64,000 nt of DNA from Camelus dromedarius. Its lineage: Eukaryota. Shown here one piece after another: positions 38,701-52,097 of the stretch. The position numbers and the translations under genes are program-made. How positions within the stretch are numbered: the first letter of the stretch is position 1; every line of letters begins with the position of its first letter. Where the stretch lies: assembly GCF_036321535.1 (NCBI RefSeq), contig NC_087437.1, positions 99,574,001-99,638,000 on the forward strand. The letters are read 5' to 3'. The notes below the pieces were generated by a model that saw only the letters and a list, made by a program, of their open reading frames with translations, searched no databases and was not told the origin of the DNA.

Positions 38701-41700
38701 TTTACCCTTATTACTTGGTTTCCTTCTCTGCTTTAGGTTGATTTTACTCTTCTTATTCTTGATTTTGAAGTTGGACCTTTGACTACTGGTTTGAAACTTT
38801 TCTCTTTTCCAATATATGCAGTCAGTGCTATCAAGTTCCCTCTGAGCACTGCTGAGTGTTGTCTCACAGATTTTGCTGTGTTGTATTTTCATTTTTATTC
38901 ACTCCAATGCATTTTTTCCCTTGAGACTTCCCCTTGGATCTAATGATATTTAGAAGTGTATTGATTCCTTTCCAAGAGTTTGGAGATTTTTCTGTTATCT
39001 TTTTTTGTTTTCTACTTTGATTTCATTTGGTCAGAAAACACACTGTATTATTTCATTTGTTTTTAATTGTTGAGATTTGTTTTATGGACCAGGATGTGGC
39101 CTGTCTTGGCATCTGGTTGTGGGCACTTGAAAAGAATGTATATTCTACTGTTGCTGGGTGGTATGTTCTAAAAATGTCCGTTAGATCCTGTTGTTTGATG
39201 ATGTTGTTGAGTTCTATATTTGTGCTTATTTTCTGTCTAGTTGTTTTATCAATTGTTGAGAAAAGTGTGTTGAAGTTTACAACTATAATCATAGCTTTGT
39301 CTGTTTTTCTTTTCTATTTTACCAGTTTTCACATTACACAGTTTGCAGCCCTTTTGTTTGGTAGATACACATTCAGGGTTGTTATGTCTTCTTGTTGTTT
39401 TGTCTTCTTTTTATCATTTTGTGATGTTCATCTCTATCTCTGGTAATTTTCTCTGCTTCAAAGTCTCATCTACTTGACATTAATATTGCTTTCTTTGATT
39501 AATTTTTGCATGATATATATTGTTTCCATCATTTTACTTTCAACCTGTGTATATCATCTTGTTTGAATTGAGTTCTTTGTAGATAGCGTATAATTGAGCC
39601 ATGTTTTTTTTTTTTTTACTTCACTGTACAAATGTCTGCAATTTAATTGATACATTCAGACAATTTACACTGAATTTAGTTATTGATATGCTAAGGTTTA
39701 AGTCTGCCATTTTATACTTTGTTTTCTGGGTTTTTTTTTCTCTGTTTTTCATTTCTCCTACCCACATGTGTGTTAGTTAAACAAAGTTTAGAATTTTGAC
39801 TTACCTAGTGTTTTTCAGTGTATTTCTTTATGTAGTTTTTAGTGGTTGCTTTATGTATTAAATTATACATACACATCACAGTCTACTGGTATCTTCATTT
39901 TACCAGTTCAGGTGAAGTATATGAATATTACCTCCTTTTTTGTACCTTTATCCTTATCTATTTGTAATATAATTTTCTTAAATATTTCTTCTGCATACAT
40001 TTAGAACCACATCAGATAGTGTTTAATTTTTGTTTTCACTATCAATCATAATTTAGAAAACTCCAGAGGAGGAAAACCAATTATTTTTGCTCATATTTTT
40101 TATTACTAAATTCTTTCTTCCTTTCTAAAGTTCCAAGGTTCTTCTTTTATCACTTCCTTTCTGTTTAGACAATTTCCTTAGCCATTCTTTTAGGGTAGGT
40201 TTACAGTTGAAAATTACCTTAGTGTTCCTTCATCGGATTCTACTTTGATTTTCCCTTCATTCCTAAAGGATATTTTCTATAGATATAGGATCCTGGGTTA
40301 ACAATTCTTTAATTCAGCCATTAAAAATATTGTGCCCCTTCCTTCTGACCTCCATGGTTTCTGATGAGAAACTCACTTGTCAGAATTTTTTTCCCTGTCA
40401 GTAAAGTTAAGTTTTTCTCTTGGTGCTTTCAAGATTTCTTCTTTGTCTTTAGTTTTCAGAAGTTTGCCTAAATGTGTTTTGGTGTGGATTTCTTTGTGCA
40501 TTTCCTGCTTGTGGTTTGCTTAGCTTCTTGAATCTGTATGCCTTCTGCTAAATTTGGGGAGTTTCCAGCCATTATTTCTTTGAGCATGTTTTAAACCTTG
40601 TCCTCTTTATCCTCTCTTTCTGGGATTCCAGTGACATAAATGTTTTACCTTTTCTTATAGTTCTATGGTTGCCTGAGTCTCTGTTACTTGTTTCTTTTTT
40701 AAGCATATATATTCTCTGTGTAGTTCAGATTGGGTAATTTTTATTGTTCTAGCTTCCAGTTCACTGATTCTTTCCTTTGACCCCTCCAGTTTCTAAAAAG
40801 TTTCAGCTGTCATATATTTTAGTTATAAAATTTTCATATGGTTATTCTTTATATTTTCTTTTCTTCACTAAGAATTTTAACTTTTTAAAATTTATTTCAG
40901 CCATGTTCATAATTGCTTATTGAAGCATTTTCATGATGGCTGCTTTAAAATCTTCATGAGGTGGTTCTAATATGTCTATCATCTTGATGTTCACATGCAT
41001 GATTGTCTTTTTATGTTCAGTTTGAGATCCTCCTGCTTCTGTATATAACATGATTCTCAGATGAAATCTGGACATTCGGGTATGATGTTATGAGACTCTG
41101 GATCTTATTTAAACCTTCTGTTTTAGCTAGCTTCCTCTAACCAACAAAAACACTAACCAGCAAAAAACAGGGGGATAGCTTTGTCTCTGCCAGGTCTTGG
41201 TAGAAGTCCAGGTCTCCCCATTGTGGCCACCATTGACACCTGAGTGGGAGGGCTCTTTGTTACTTCAGGAAGGGGGTGAGAGTTTCTATTCTTCAGTAGG
41301 CTTCCACTACTACCTTCCTGGCTAGGAAGGGTTTGAGTGCTTATCTAATGTCCTGATTCTCCAGTAGACCCCCTTTGTGAAGGATGCCCATTACTTTTAG
41401 GTTGAGTGGATGTCCAGGATCCGAATGAAGTCTCCACTGATGCTGCTTTTGGTGGGAGTAAAGGGACCGTGTCACCCCTTGACGAGGATGAACGTCTCAA
41501 TTCCCTACTCAGACTTTCCTGGGGCTGGGAAGAGGACGTTGTGGCACATTGTTCTAACCTAGCAAGGATGGTACAACGCTCCCCACTCTGCTTTGGCAGG
41601 TGTGGGGTAGTGTGGGTGTTTGTGTGGTGCTTGACTGGAGCAAAGTGATATTGTCCCAGTGCTTTCTGTCTCTCTAGCCTGCTGCTTTCCTAATTTTTGG

Positions 41701-41995
41701 TTAGAGAGAATAAGCTTTTGTTGGGGATTTTTTGTTCTGCACCATTTGATGTCTCTGGGTTGCAGGCTTCTTCAGCTCCAAATGTTGGATATATGAGGGA
41801 AAATTAAAATCCAAGGAACTCACCACTATATTGTTCCTTGGGTCCTGAGGTCCCTAACTGGACTGCCTTCTCTCCTTCTTTTAGAGTTGTCTCCTTACAT
41901 TTGTTTTATGTACAATGTCCAGGTTTTTTAGTTGTACCTAGCAGGAAGATTTACAAAAAGCTACATCTCATCAGGTTTCCTGGAAGTGAACATCT
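35727..41995 (-). mobile_element. Near full-length, decayed ancient L1 (L1MC-like), ~6.3 kb
   Basis: Continuous antisense L1: 3'UTR at 35727, ORF2 remnants (minus-strand peptide GDFNT-like 'VNFNTLFSTIDKTTRQKISTNIELNNIIKQQDLTDIFRTYHP' from the endonuclease region at 39053-39292), and a more GC-rich 5' region at 41100-41995. Confidence 0.9.
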
Positions 41996-42289
41996 CCTAT
42001 GTCTCCTGTCATGTTTTGTTTTGTTTTGTTTTTTAATTGAGAGGGCAATATATAGTTTTCAAATTAGGTTCTTAAGGAGTCAAACAGAATTATGAAAAAC
42101 TGATTAACATATTTTTTATTAAAAAGAGAAAATTTAAAACAGCAAGATGACAAAAAGCATCTCTATCTGTAATTTATTTTTTAATTCCATTTCACTTCCA
42201 CATTCCAATTCCTATTAGTTTGTTTCTTGAATAGTCTGCCACTAATATGCTCCTTTAAGACCTACAACACTTTTGTTTAGAAGTGAGCT

Positions 42290-42428
42290 TTTCTCACTTG
42301 AAAGTTCTTACTAGATGACTCCAGCATGGGGGCATGTCCATTTGATTCATTGCTGTTCCCCTGTGTCTATCACAAGGCCTGGCCACATACTAGTACTTAA
42401 TAAATATCTACTGAATAAGTGAATAAGA
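42290..42428 (+). mobile_element. L2 3' end remnant
   Basis: ctagatgactccagcatgggggc...cctggccacatactagtacttaataaatatctactgaataagtgaat. Confidence 0.7.
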
Positions 42429-43299
42429 ATTCAAAATTTAAATTTTTCTTTCTGTGAGGACTTGTCTACTTTCTTCTTGCTGTGCTTAGCATGGGGAACA
42501 CGTGTCTGCTATGTTTGACACCGCACCAGCCACTTTAAGGCATGTATGTGCTTAGGACGTTAGCAAAAGTTGTCCAGAATTTTGCAATCTAGGAAAAAAA
42601 AGCATTTTAAATTTCAGCACATGTGTAAATTTTTGTTTTATGGTTTAGAATTCTTTGTATACTGAATTACAAATTGGGAGGACACCAGAATGTTTCCCAG
42701 GCATGTGTGTTTAGGTGCATTCACTCCTACCACTCCTAAAGAAAGTGACCCAAAAGCATGGCTCATAAAAGGCCACAGACTTTTTCAGGATATGTTTCCT
42801 AGATATTTGATTTTTTTTTGATGGTTTTCTTTTATTAAGCAAGTCATGGTTTGATTACGCTTTAAAATCTTTGTTATGTATTATGCAGTGTGTGTGTGTG
42901 TGTGTGTTTACATGGAGCAGGGGTAACGTCAGCCCATAATTTTGTAAGGCACTGAATATAATTTAAAAATTTTTGCAAACACAAGTATAAAGATTCACCC
43001 GTCATTGAAAAATTGAAACATTTTTTAATGCAGGTAGAACATGATTCCTTTTAGTACTACTGAGTATGTTTGGCTTAAATACTAAGACTTGCTTTCCCAT
43101 TTGGCTTTAGATTCTGCTTAAGGAAGTGGTGAAAGATTTAATTCACCGTACTTTTGTTAGAAAGTATGGAAATGTTTGTCCACGGGAACTTTTGTCACTT
43201 GCTAGAATAGAAATTCATTGGGAAGAAGGAACATTTTCATTGTATTGCCCAAGAGCCGTTGATATATTCCCTGCATCTTTCAAAGGCATCTTTCATGCC

Positions 43300-45180
43300 A
43301 CACAGGAAAGCTGTAGTTAGTGAAGGAACAGAAAGAGCACTTCTTACACGAGAGAGTCTCAGCAAACTTGCACAGCAGCTGTGCTAGGTACTGATGAGGA
43401 TTACCACAGGACCCAGTTTCAGGGGTTCCTGTGGCTGAAGAGACAGCTGGCTCCCTCGGGGGACCACTTTGATGGAGACTGCAGCAATAATGCATCCTCA
43501 CTCTTGCTAGTGGATATTGTGGCCATGTAGTACAGAACTGGTGCCAGATAAAGTCGGAAAGTAATAAAAAGCAAGATGAATCTCAGAGATTTTAAATCGC
43601 CATGTGAAGAACTAAAACAAACGACCTGGGCGTGACGCATTCACTCATAAGGAAAAAGAGGCAGAGGAGGGTTGCCTCTAACTCAGAAAACTTGCAGAGA
43701 TTTCAGGCTTTTCATTTGAGAACCATTTGGGTGTGTTGTGAAATAAAGTTGCAAAGTAGGCATGTTCAGACCTTTATTTGCTACATTTAGTAAGAAAGAT
43801 TCTCACCCCCCCCGCCCCCACTTAACTACAAGAAGCCAGAGTTTTCTGTGCAAACTGAAACAGGCGTTGCAAGAATCAGATTCACTCTGGTCGACTCTTC
43901 ACATTCCAAGTCATCATTGCATTAGGCAGCACAATTCCATCTCTGGTTGATGGGCAGAAAAAGTGGGCAGCTTGCCAGGTAGACGTTTCCATGACTCCCA
44001 GCCCCCAAAGGTGATGCGTTTTTCAGCTAATTCAATGAAGAGTGGGCTGAACTTTGGGTCTAAACGAGACAATAGCTGCCTTCGCAGTATCAGCAGAATG
44101 GTTGATGGGAATGCACTCTACATTTGGCAGAGGATCATGTGACCTTACGACTGAGATTTTGTGATGGTGCCAACGGAGACTTGGAAAGCAGCAACCGTCC
44201 TGACTTTTTTCTTCTTTTCTAGCATGGCTCAGAAAATGGTGGATCTTAATACTTGACTTTAGCCAGACTCAGCAAGCGACTGAGCTTTGAAGCACAACTT
44301 CGCCTTTATTCTGGGTTTTTGGCAGGCCACCAGGAGGCTGTCCCTTTCACGCCTGATAAATTCTGCTGCTTATCTCTAAATAGGAAAAAAAAGAAAAAGA
44401 AAGAACATATAAACAGAATATTGAGGCATAATAAGTGAATCCTAAAACTGTATGTGCTTTCTTGTTTTTTGCCTTTTCTTACTAGTGATTTTTTTTTTAA
44501 TGTTAATACCCTTTCTGCTTGTTGAAGAATCCAAGTAGGCTTTTTTTTTTTTTTTTTTTTTTTTTGGTTTATAATGAACAGGCATTTGAACTGGGCAAAC
44601 AGGACGACAGCAGCAGTGAGCATGAGATCATTGCAGCAGCGTAGCAAACTGGCACCCTGCCTTCCTGCCTTCTCACCCTTTTGGTTCAGGAGACAAACGT
44701 GTGCAATCCTCATTTCTAAAGTCAGCACAGCCTGGAAGGATTCCTGGTCTCTCCCACCTTCTACCATTCTGCTGCCAGGGACGGCAAGGATTGGTGCAGC
44801 TTCTGCGCAGTGCTTTGTGCCTGGAATACCGAGAAGGAAGAAAAAGAAGACAAGCACCCTGGACCTTTTTTCCAAGAAATAACAAGAGCCATGAAGGAAA
44901 AAAAAATCTGAGTTTGTCCTACTCTATGCAACAGTGCTGAAAAAAAAGAGAGCGAGGGAGAGACGGTCCTGCTCAAAAACAAAAACAAACAAACAAAAAT
45001 CCAAACCAAAACAAACCAAAAAAAAAAAAAATTGGCTTGTATAACTACAGAGACATCGGGCTTTTTAAAGCAGCTTGTAAGGCAACATAAGCAAATGAGC
45101 CTTCTCTATTTGTATTATTTCAAAAACATGGCAAAATAAGCAATAATTGCACTTGGTGAAATCGCACCTTTCATATCAGG
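43300..45180 (+). promoter_or_regulatory. Probable internal promoter/regulatory region upstream of the miRNA pair
   Basis: Repeat-free, with more GC and CpG than the flanks. CRE/ATF-like TGACGCA at 43633-43639, GC-box-like ccccgcccc near 43809, several poly(dA:dT) tracts, strong acceptor at 44200-44222 and possible donor CAG|gtataa at 45179/45180. Confidence 0.45.
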
Positions 45181-46870
45181 TATAACTTTTTTTTGTTGTT
45201 TCTTTTTTAAGCCTACTGTTATATAAAAGTGGATCCTTGAACTTTCAGTTTACTCTTATTTAACTCATCACCCACTTTACTCTTATTAACTTTTTCCTTT
45301 TGCTCTCTTGCTCTAATCCTGATTAGAATAGAAACTTTAAGAAAAATGGAAAATTCTTTATGAAAAAGATTTTGTCATACATAGACTTTTGGAAGGACAT
45401 TAATATGTTGTCTGGGCTTTTTGTGTACAGTAGTAGTTTTTGCTCTCGAAGAAAAGTGAGCATTTAGCCCTAGTTGATAAAGAAACTAAATCTTTCAAGT
45501 GCTGTGACTCATAATTTGAAATGTGAAAGAAGAAACTTTCTGAACTTCTACAAAAGGGTCATATTAGAATATTTATTAAACTTCTAATAAATAAAATTTA
45601 GTTTGGGGGAGGTTATATTTAAATTTCAGTGTAACAGACTTCAGCGTAACAGAAATAGGGATGAAAAGATCATGTTCTCAGTTGATAAGTAGAAAAAGAA
45701 GCTTGTTCCACAATAATATTGACTTTTAAAACATATTTATAAGAAGCATTTGTCTTAGAGCTATTGCAGGAAGGGTTAGAATTATCCATTAAGTATTCTA
45801 GTGGAAAAAGTATCTACAAACTTGTTTTAAGTTTAAAGCAGTGTATTGGCTCAGCAGATAAATGCTTTGCATTCTAACTGTTTTGTCTGTTTTTAGAAGT
45901 AAATTTCTAAGCAATTTAAGCATTTTATAACAAAAACTCAGTTTTGCCTGGTTCAATGGGAAAGGATTAGCCTACGTATTCACCTATTTTAAGATTAAAA
46001 CAGTTTCTAAACATATTTAAAAACTGTTAAAGCGAGAAATGCTCTGGAAATATATGGCGTATATAAATAAAGACTATAATTTGCATGTTAAGAATTGATG
46101 CTATAATATTCTCCATGAAAAGAATGAACTTTAAGCAAACTGTTATGCTTTTAAAATCATATTTTATTATAATAAAAATATATAGGGTAAACAATGAGAA
46201 AATATTTTAGGACTGATGAGTTCTACCTTGTTTTTTGTTATCCTTTGAAGAATTATGGGAAATTAAAAATACCCTGTATACTGATAACATTCAAATAACC
46301 CGTTTTATTAAGTTTATTGGTTATTATTCACTAATTATTTTAAAAATAGCTCTTGTTCCTTTATGTTGCCTCAGCTAATGGAACATCAACTTTCACAGGC
46401 TTAATTAACATTTATAAACCTGTTTTCATGTTTCAAGATCCTTTAGTTGAAAAACATTATTTTAAATGTTATTTTTAGGAGCCATTAATCTCTACACTCT
46501 TAATTATCTTATTAAGCTCCATGCCAAATCCAAATCTCTTTTCAGCTTTCACTACTTCATTGTGCAAAACCTAGTCGCTTCTTTAACAGCCATGCCTCCT
46601 TTCACTTTCAAAACTGATACTGTGAAAACAACACCAACCAAAATGAAGGCATAAATGCAAACTATGAAACCACATTATATGTCATATGAGTAGCCTTGGG
46701 TGGGGCTCCATGAATCTTCCAAGCCTTTAAAAAAAAAAATACTTTAAAAGGTTTTGCCCATTTTGATACTGTATTTTCTTCTCGATCGTCTACCTTCATT
46801 CCCACCATCCACCCAGATTCTCCAACTAGGCAGCAGTTGTCTGATATTTCTCCTTTTGTGGTTGTTTTAG

Positions 46871-46933
46871 GGAAAAACTTAAAATGGATATGAGAAGTGA
46901 AGAAAGTGATCATAGGAGAGGAAATCATCTCAG
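46871..46933 (+). ncRNA. MIR99AHG: Candidate 63-nt internal exon of the host lncRNA
   Basis: Acceptor ctgatatttctccttttgtggttgttttag|G and donor CAG|gtaaaa, purine-rich body, ~1.7 kb upstream of miR-99a. Confidence 0.6.
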
Positions 46934-48598
46934 GTAAAAAATATAAAGCAAAAGAGCAATTAACATTTAATACTTTTAAAGAAAAAAATAATTTTGACTG
47001 TTTAGTTATAAGAATTTGTTTTACACTATTTATGGATCTAGTTATTAGAATTGTCATTGATGGTTTGAGGATTTTTATTACCTACCTTTGTAGAAAATTT
47101 TTGTCTGAGTTTGTGATCAATGTACAGTTTGGGTCCCTTTAAATACAGATCTGTATATCCATTCATACAACAAAGGTGAAATAAAGTGGAATAGAAAGTA
47201 ATTTAGGCAAAGACAAAATAGGTTTTTTCATTTGTCATATACCAAATAAAAAGAAGTGAAATCTGGGGGGAGGGAATAAAGTCGTGCTTTTTTTTTTTAA
47301 TGATACAATAAGAGAATGAAACCAAAATATACATTCTTATAGTTAATGATAAAACCCAAAGCAAATGTTGCCTTTTGTTTTGTCTAAATTTATGAATATA
47401 TGTTAAATATTTTTACTACATTTGACTGACTGCATAATTGGTAATCTTTTTACTATAGTTTTTAATAAGTATGGGAATAATTAGAAAACAAATAGTAGTG
47501 AAAAATTATGTAGATCACAATATCTATGTATAGTCTATAAAACACATTTCATTTTGTTTATTTCAAAACAGGCAAAAACACTAAGTAATTTTCTAAATAT
47601 TATTTTTCACAATGAAGATATAATTAAAAATGCTAAAGATTGTGAATATGAGTGAAATGATTAATGCTGTACAACTTATAATTTTGTTGCTGTTGAGCTT
47701 AGAAACTTAAAAAACGTGTACGTGGCTGGTTTTATGTTTACTCTTTGTGTGTTTGTTTATTGTTTGGTGGTTTAAATTTTTTTTAATAATAATTTATTTT
47801 GGCCCAACCTGTTGACCAGATAAGAGTTGTATGTAGCCATCTATTATGTTTTAAGTATATCCTTTTTGAAAAATAAATTTAAACATATTGTGTTTAAGAG
47901 ACAAGATATCCTCTTTTATGCAATAGATCTGTAGTATACATGTTAGCGCGCAGTAGTAGTAATAATGCTATTAATGTGTCATTCATTTTTGTTTTCTGAT
48001 ATTAATTTATCCAAATATTGTCCATTTCAGTATTACTTCAACTACAGACACATATGTATATTTGAGACTTTTAAATAACTTCCTTTGTGCTCTGCCTAAT
48101 CAACAAAATCTTAATTGTTTTATGAGAAAGTTATAATATTACCAATTTCTTGAAACCACTAACTGAGGTTTTATGAGTTAAAACAAGTAGTCTAACTCTT
48201 ACACAATTAGCTTAATATTTAATTTGGTCTTAATTATAGGCTCATAATACTACATTCATGTTTCACAATTATATAATTCATATATGCATGTATGGATTCT
48301 TTTTTATTTTCTTTTAAAATTCATCATGAATTAGAATAGTCTAATTCCAAAATATTCACTCTTAAAACAAAAGTGATCTGTGAAAAATCTTTCATTATAG
48401 TAGTTTTAAAATTCTCATGTATATAATCTGTATTTAGTTTAGAATATTTATGAAGGCCTTTAACTGGGAATATGTATACTTCAAGCATTTCAGCATTTAA
48501 AATATTTATGCTAAAAGATTGATATTATTTTTGTCTCCTAATTTCATCAGATACTCACAATAAATTCTGCATTAGTAGGGAGCTCATGTGAGATGTTG

Positions 48599-48679
48599 CC
48601 CATTGGCATAAACCCGTAGATCCGATCTTGTGGTGAAGTGGACCGCACAAGCTCGCTTCTATGGGTCTGTGTCAGTGTG
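48599..48679 (+). ncRNA. MIR99A: pre-miR-99a hairpin; 5p 48611-48632, 3p 48648-48669
   Basis: Contains AACCCGTAGATCCGATCTTGTG (miR-99a-5p) and CAAGCTCGCTTCTATGGGTCTG (3p) in the canonical 81-nt precursor. Basal UG at -14 (48597-48598). Confidence 0.99.
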
Positions 48680-49333
48680 GTAATCTGACAAAAAGCTATG
48701 CACAATGCTGTTAAATAATATTTTGGTCAAATCCCTGTGAAACTCTAGTTGGTTACTTTTGAAGTGATTATATTTTCCTTTGGTTTTCATGTCTATATTA
48801 ATCCTCACCTGTTTTACAAGGCAGGCTTCGATTGTCGACCACTTGGAAGAGCTCATAGCCCAGCCATTCAAGTTTAAATCCAAGTATAGTAAATTACTTA
48901 AGAAACTTGAATTTTTTATAGCAAGGTTGGAACCAAGATCTCAACAGATCCTGTTCAGAAACTTTTGCTCACATTCCAGTGGTTAGTACACTTCATCAGC
49001 TTCAATAAGAAAATTAAAGGCTATAACTGGATTTATGTGTTACCTTTGAGCCTATTTCCCTTCAAAAATGAAGCTGAATGCTATTGACTTTAAATATTAT
49101 TAATTGCTAGTAGAACTACGCCATGAGAGATGTCAGGGGACGTTTTATATAACCTATGCTGAAAACTCAAGAGGTTAGGATAGTCCTCGTAAACACATAA
49201 TAAGTTTATTGGTAAAATGTTAGCATATTATATCTGCATCCTTGCCAAGTCCATAGGTGTATGGCCGCCATTTTTGGAGGAGCTGACTCCAGAAGATATG
49301 ATAAGGAGTTTGAAGCAACTTTGAAAGCTGTGT

Positions 49334-49417
49334 GCATCCGGGTTGAGGTAGTAGGTTGTATGGTTTAGAGTTACACCCTGGGAGTTAACTGTACAACCTT
49401 CTAGCTTTCCTTGGAGC
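49334..49417 (+). ncRNA. MIRLET7C: pre-let-7c hairpin; 5p 49344-49365, 3p 49389-49410
   Basis: Contains TGAGGTAGTAGGTTGTATGGTT (let-7c-5p), loop TAGAGTTACACCCTGGGAGTTAA and CTGTACAACCTTCTAGCTTTCC (3p). Downstream CNNC (CATC 49428-49431). Confidence 0.99.
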
Positions 49418-49779
49418 ACACTTGAGCCATCGAGGAATTCTTCATCACTTTAATCTGATTGAGCCGATTTCTGTGCAAGAAGGTAATGTGTCATGAGTAT
49501 TTTGGATAGCTAATTTGAGCTTTTCGGGCATTAAAATTATTCTTTCATCCATGCATATTAGATTATCCCATTTGCATCTACTTGTAAACTCTGGCAAGAT
49601 GGCATTTCTAATAGGTTGTTACTCTATCAAACATTTTTAAGAACTGGTGAGTAACGACTTCAACTGCATTAATATTGCAGCTTTTATCATCCATAGACTC
49701 ACAAAATTTGGCACTTAAGTTTGGAAACTGATCATTGGCCTTTCTATTTTTATTGGCTACTTAGACACTATAGTTTAAA

Positions 49780-50003
49780 AAAAAAAAGTCTGTTAGTGTC
49801 AGTGACTTCCATAGCACATTATTTAAGTCCTTCTTATGACACATCACTTTCTCCCGTATGTTATGGCTATCTGTGTGCTTGTTTATTTTTTCCGTACTAG
49901 ACTGTAAGCCCCTTGAGGGCAAAGTCCATGCCTTATTTTTCATTGTATCCCCTGCAATGCTTTACACATAATAAGAACTATTTATTTATTAGATGAATGA
50001 ATG
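49780..50003 (+). mobile_element. L2 3' end remnant
   Basis: actagactgtaagccccttgagggcaaagtccatgcc...atgaatgaatg. Confidence 0.75.
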
Positions 50004-52011
50004 GAGTAGAAGATCTCACTCTTTGATGATTTTTCTATCGAATATTGGAATGAATGACAACAGTGGTCATAAATCTAAGCTTTATTTGTCCTAAAATTTG
50101 CCTAAACTTAATTCACAGACTACTGTGCATCAGTAATATACCTGACTTATTCTTTGACTGTGTTGAGTATGTCTAGCCCTCCTAGACACATGATTTAAAA
50201 TTTAGGGCTGTTTTTTTCTGGAGTGAAAAGAATGGACCACGTTCATTTTTATTAATAAGTTCATTACAGTTTATAATACTACATTTAGGTTATGGCTATT
50301 TCTTTTGACTTTTTAAAGTTCTTGATTTCCAAATAAATGGTTTTCCTTTCAGCATCAATTTTATAAATCAGCTTTTTGTAATCTGTATGCTTTCCTTATC
50401 TTCTGCCCTTTATTTTTGTACAACTGTACCTGAATAAACCAGAAACAACTAAACCAGACACATGTCAAGAAATTAATAATAAATAAGTATACAAATTATA
50501 ATTTGAGGATTAAATTTTTGTTTGGAGGAAAGGCACCTGCAGTATGCTGTTTGTACAAAGCAAATCAGTCTCTTTGGAGTCTATTAGCTTTGTGTCAACT
50601 TCAGCGGCAGGGAATGGTGTAATTTACATAGAGATGCTAGTTTATATAGATCATTTTTCAGTCACAGAATTTAATTGTTGTAGATGTTACAACTTTAAAC
50701 TCCAAGCGTGTAACATTGAATACATAAGAAAAGATTTTTAGGTACAAATATATGTTAAAAACTGTAAGATTCTGGCTATGTGGTGATGGACTTTCTATAG
50801 AACACTCTGGCATCTCGATATCTCAGAATCTAGAATTTTCCAACAACTGTGGGAAAGGAAGAACTTTTGAATCACCAACAGGAGGAACATGTGAGCCTTA
50901 GAAGGCTTGAATACCAGTGATTTCAAGCAAAATTATTTGACTGGTGTACAGAAGTTAAAAACTAGTAGTCTCTAAGAAAGAAAAGTCTTTTCAAGAACTA
51001 ATCAAGAGATAATGAACAAGGGGCAGGAGACATAGACAAGAGAGTGAGAAAGAGACGAGTGAAAGAAACAGACAACTGAGTGGTAGACAATTATATCTTT
51101 GTGAATAGTTTAACCCTTGAGAGCCTAGCTCCCCTTGCGTGTGTATGTGTATATGCATGTATCTGTGTGTATTCCAGTGCTATGTGTATAGGTTTGGAGA
51201 CCAAGTCATGTACGTGTTGATGGGCCAAATAGAAAACCATTGCCAATAAATGCCTGTTTGCATGCAGTGCAATAGAGTTAAGTGTATCACAGAAGTCAAC
51301 TATGATGTGCGGTTTAAGGATAATCTTATAAAAACACTAGCACAAATGCATAGAATTGTGATCTCTTACCTACCCTATCTAAAGTGAACTGGTATTATTT
51401 TTAAAAATTGCTGAAAAGTGACAAAGATGTAGCAATGATCCATTGTTTTAGTTTTGCAGATGTCTAAAAGGCAGAGGATATAATTAGCATCAGTGAGGAA
51501 AAGAAAAATTTTCTCTGTAGGGTGAGAATACCACATGGGACAATTATGCATTCTCTAGTGATTAATAGTAAATTTTGTCCCTCCAGCTATGGGGTTATCT
51601 AAAATACTATATTTCTGTGGAAAAAATGGCAAATGACTAGTATACAAACTGACAAGATTATTTTTGAAGAAACTAAGATTCAGGGCCACTGCTGGTGTCT
51701 GTATCTAGAAATAATTAAATTATTGTCCAAGAAACCATGGGGAAACATCGTCATTTAGAAAGTTAGCATTCAACTTGGGGACAACTATACAGATTGAATA
51801 ATTCCTAAAAGAATTTTAAGTGGTCAAGTTTTACTCTATTTCAAGTTTTCCAATTTGGTAACAAAGGAAGTATGAAGATTTAGGAAACAAATATCAGCAA
51901 ATCATACTTAACTGATGTATCTTTTGACATTTGGGGACAGTAAGTTGTGTGTGTATATATATATCTCTTTAGATTCATAGTGGCTGATGGACCCTAAGCA
52001 CTTTGTGGAAT

Positions 52012-52097
52012 AAGGCAGGAAGGAGTGAGAGTGGGAAGGAAGGAAGGGAAGAGGGAGAAAAGAAGAGGAGGGAGAAGGAAAGGAGAGGAAAGGAAAA
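52012..52097 (+). repeat. Polypurine (GA-rich) tract
   Basis: Nearly pure purine run aaggcaggaaggagtgagagtgggaaggaaggaagggaagagggagaaaagaagaggagggagaaggaaaggagaggaaaggaaaa. Confidence 0.85.

Noticed and set aside
39027..39446. 139-aa plus-strand ORF and 79-aa minus-strand ORF
   Set aside because: Both lie in the decayed L1. The minus one is a broken ORF2 endonuclease remnant and the plus one is its antisense shadow.
44306..44875. Longest ORF (189 aa, minus strand) and overlapping ORFs
   Set aside because: Non-ATG start, poly-K and poly-F runs derived from homopolymer tracts, and no recognisable domain. A by-product of the locally higher GC.
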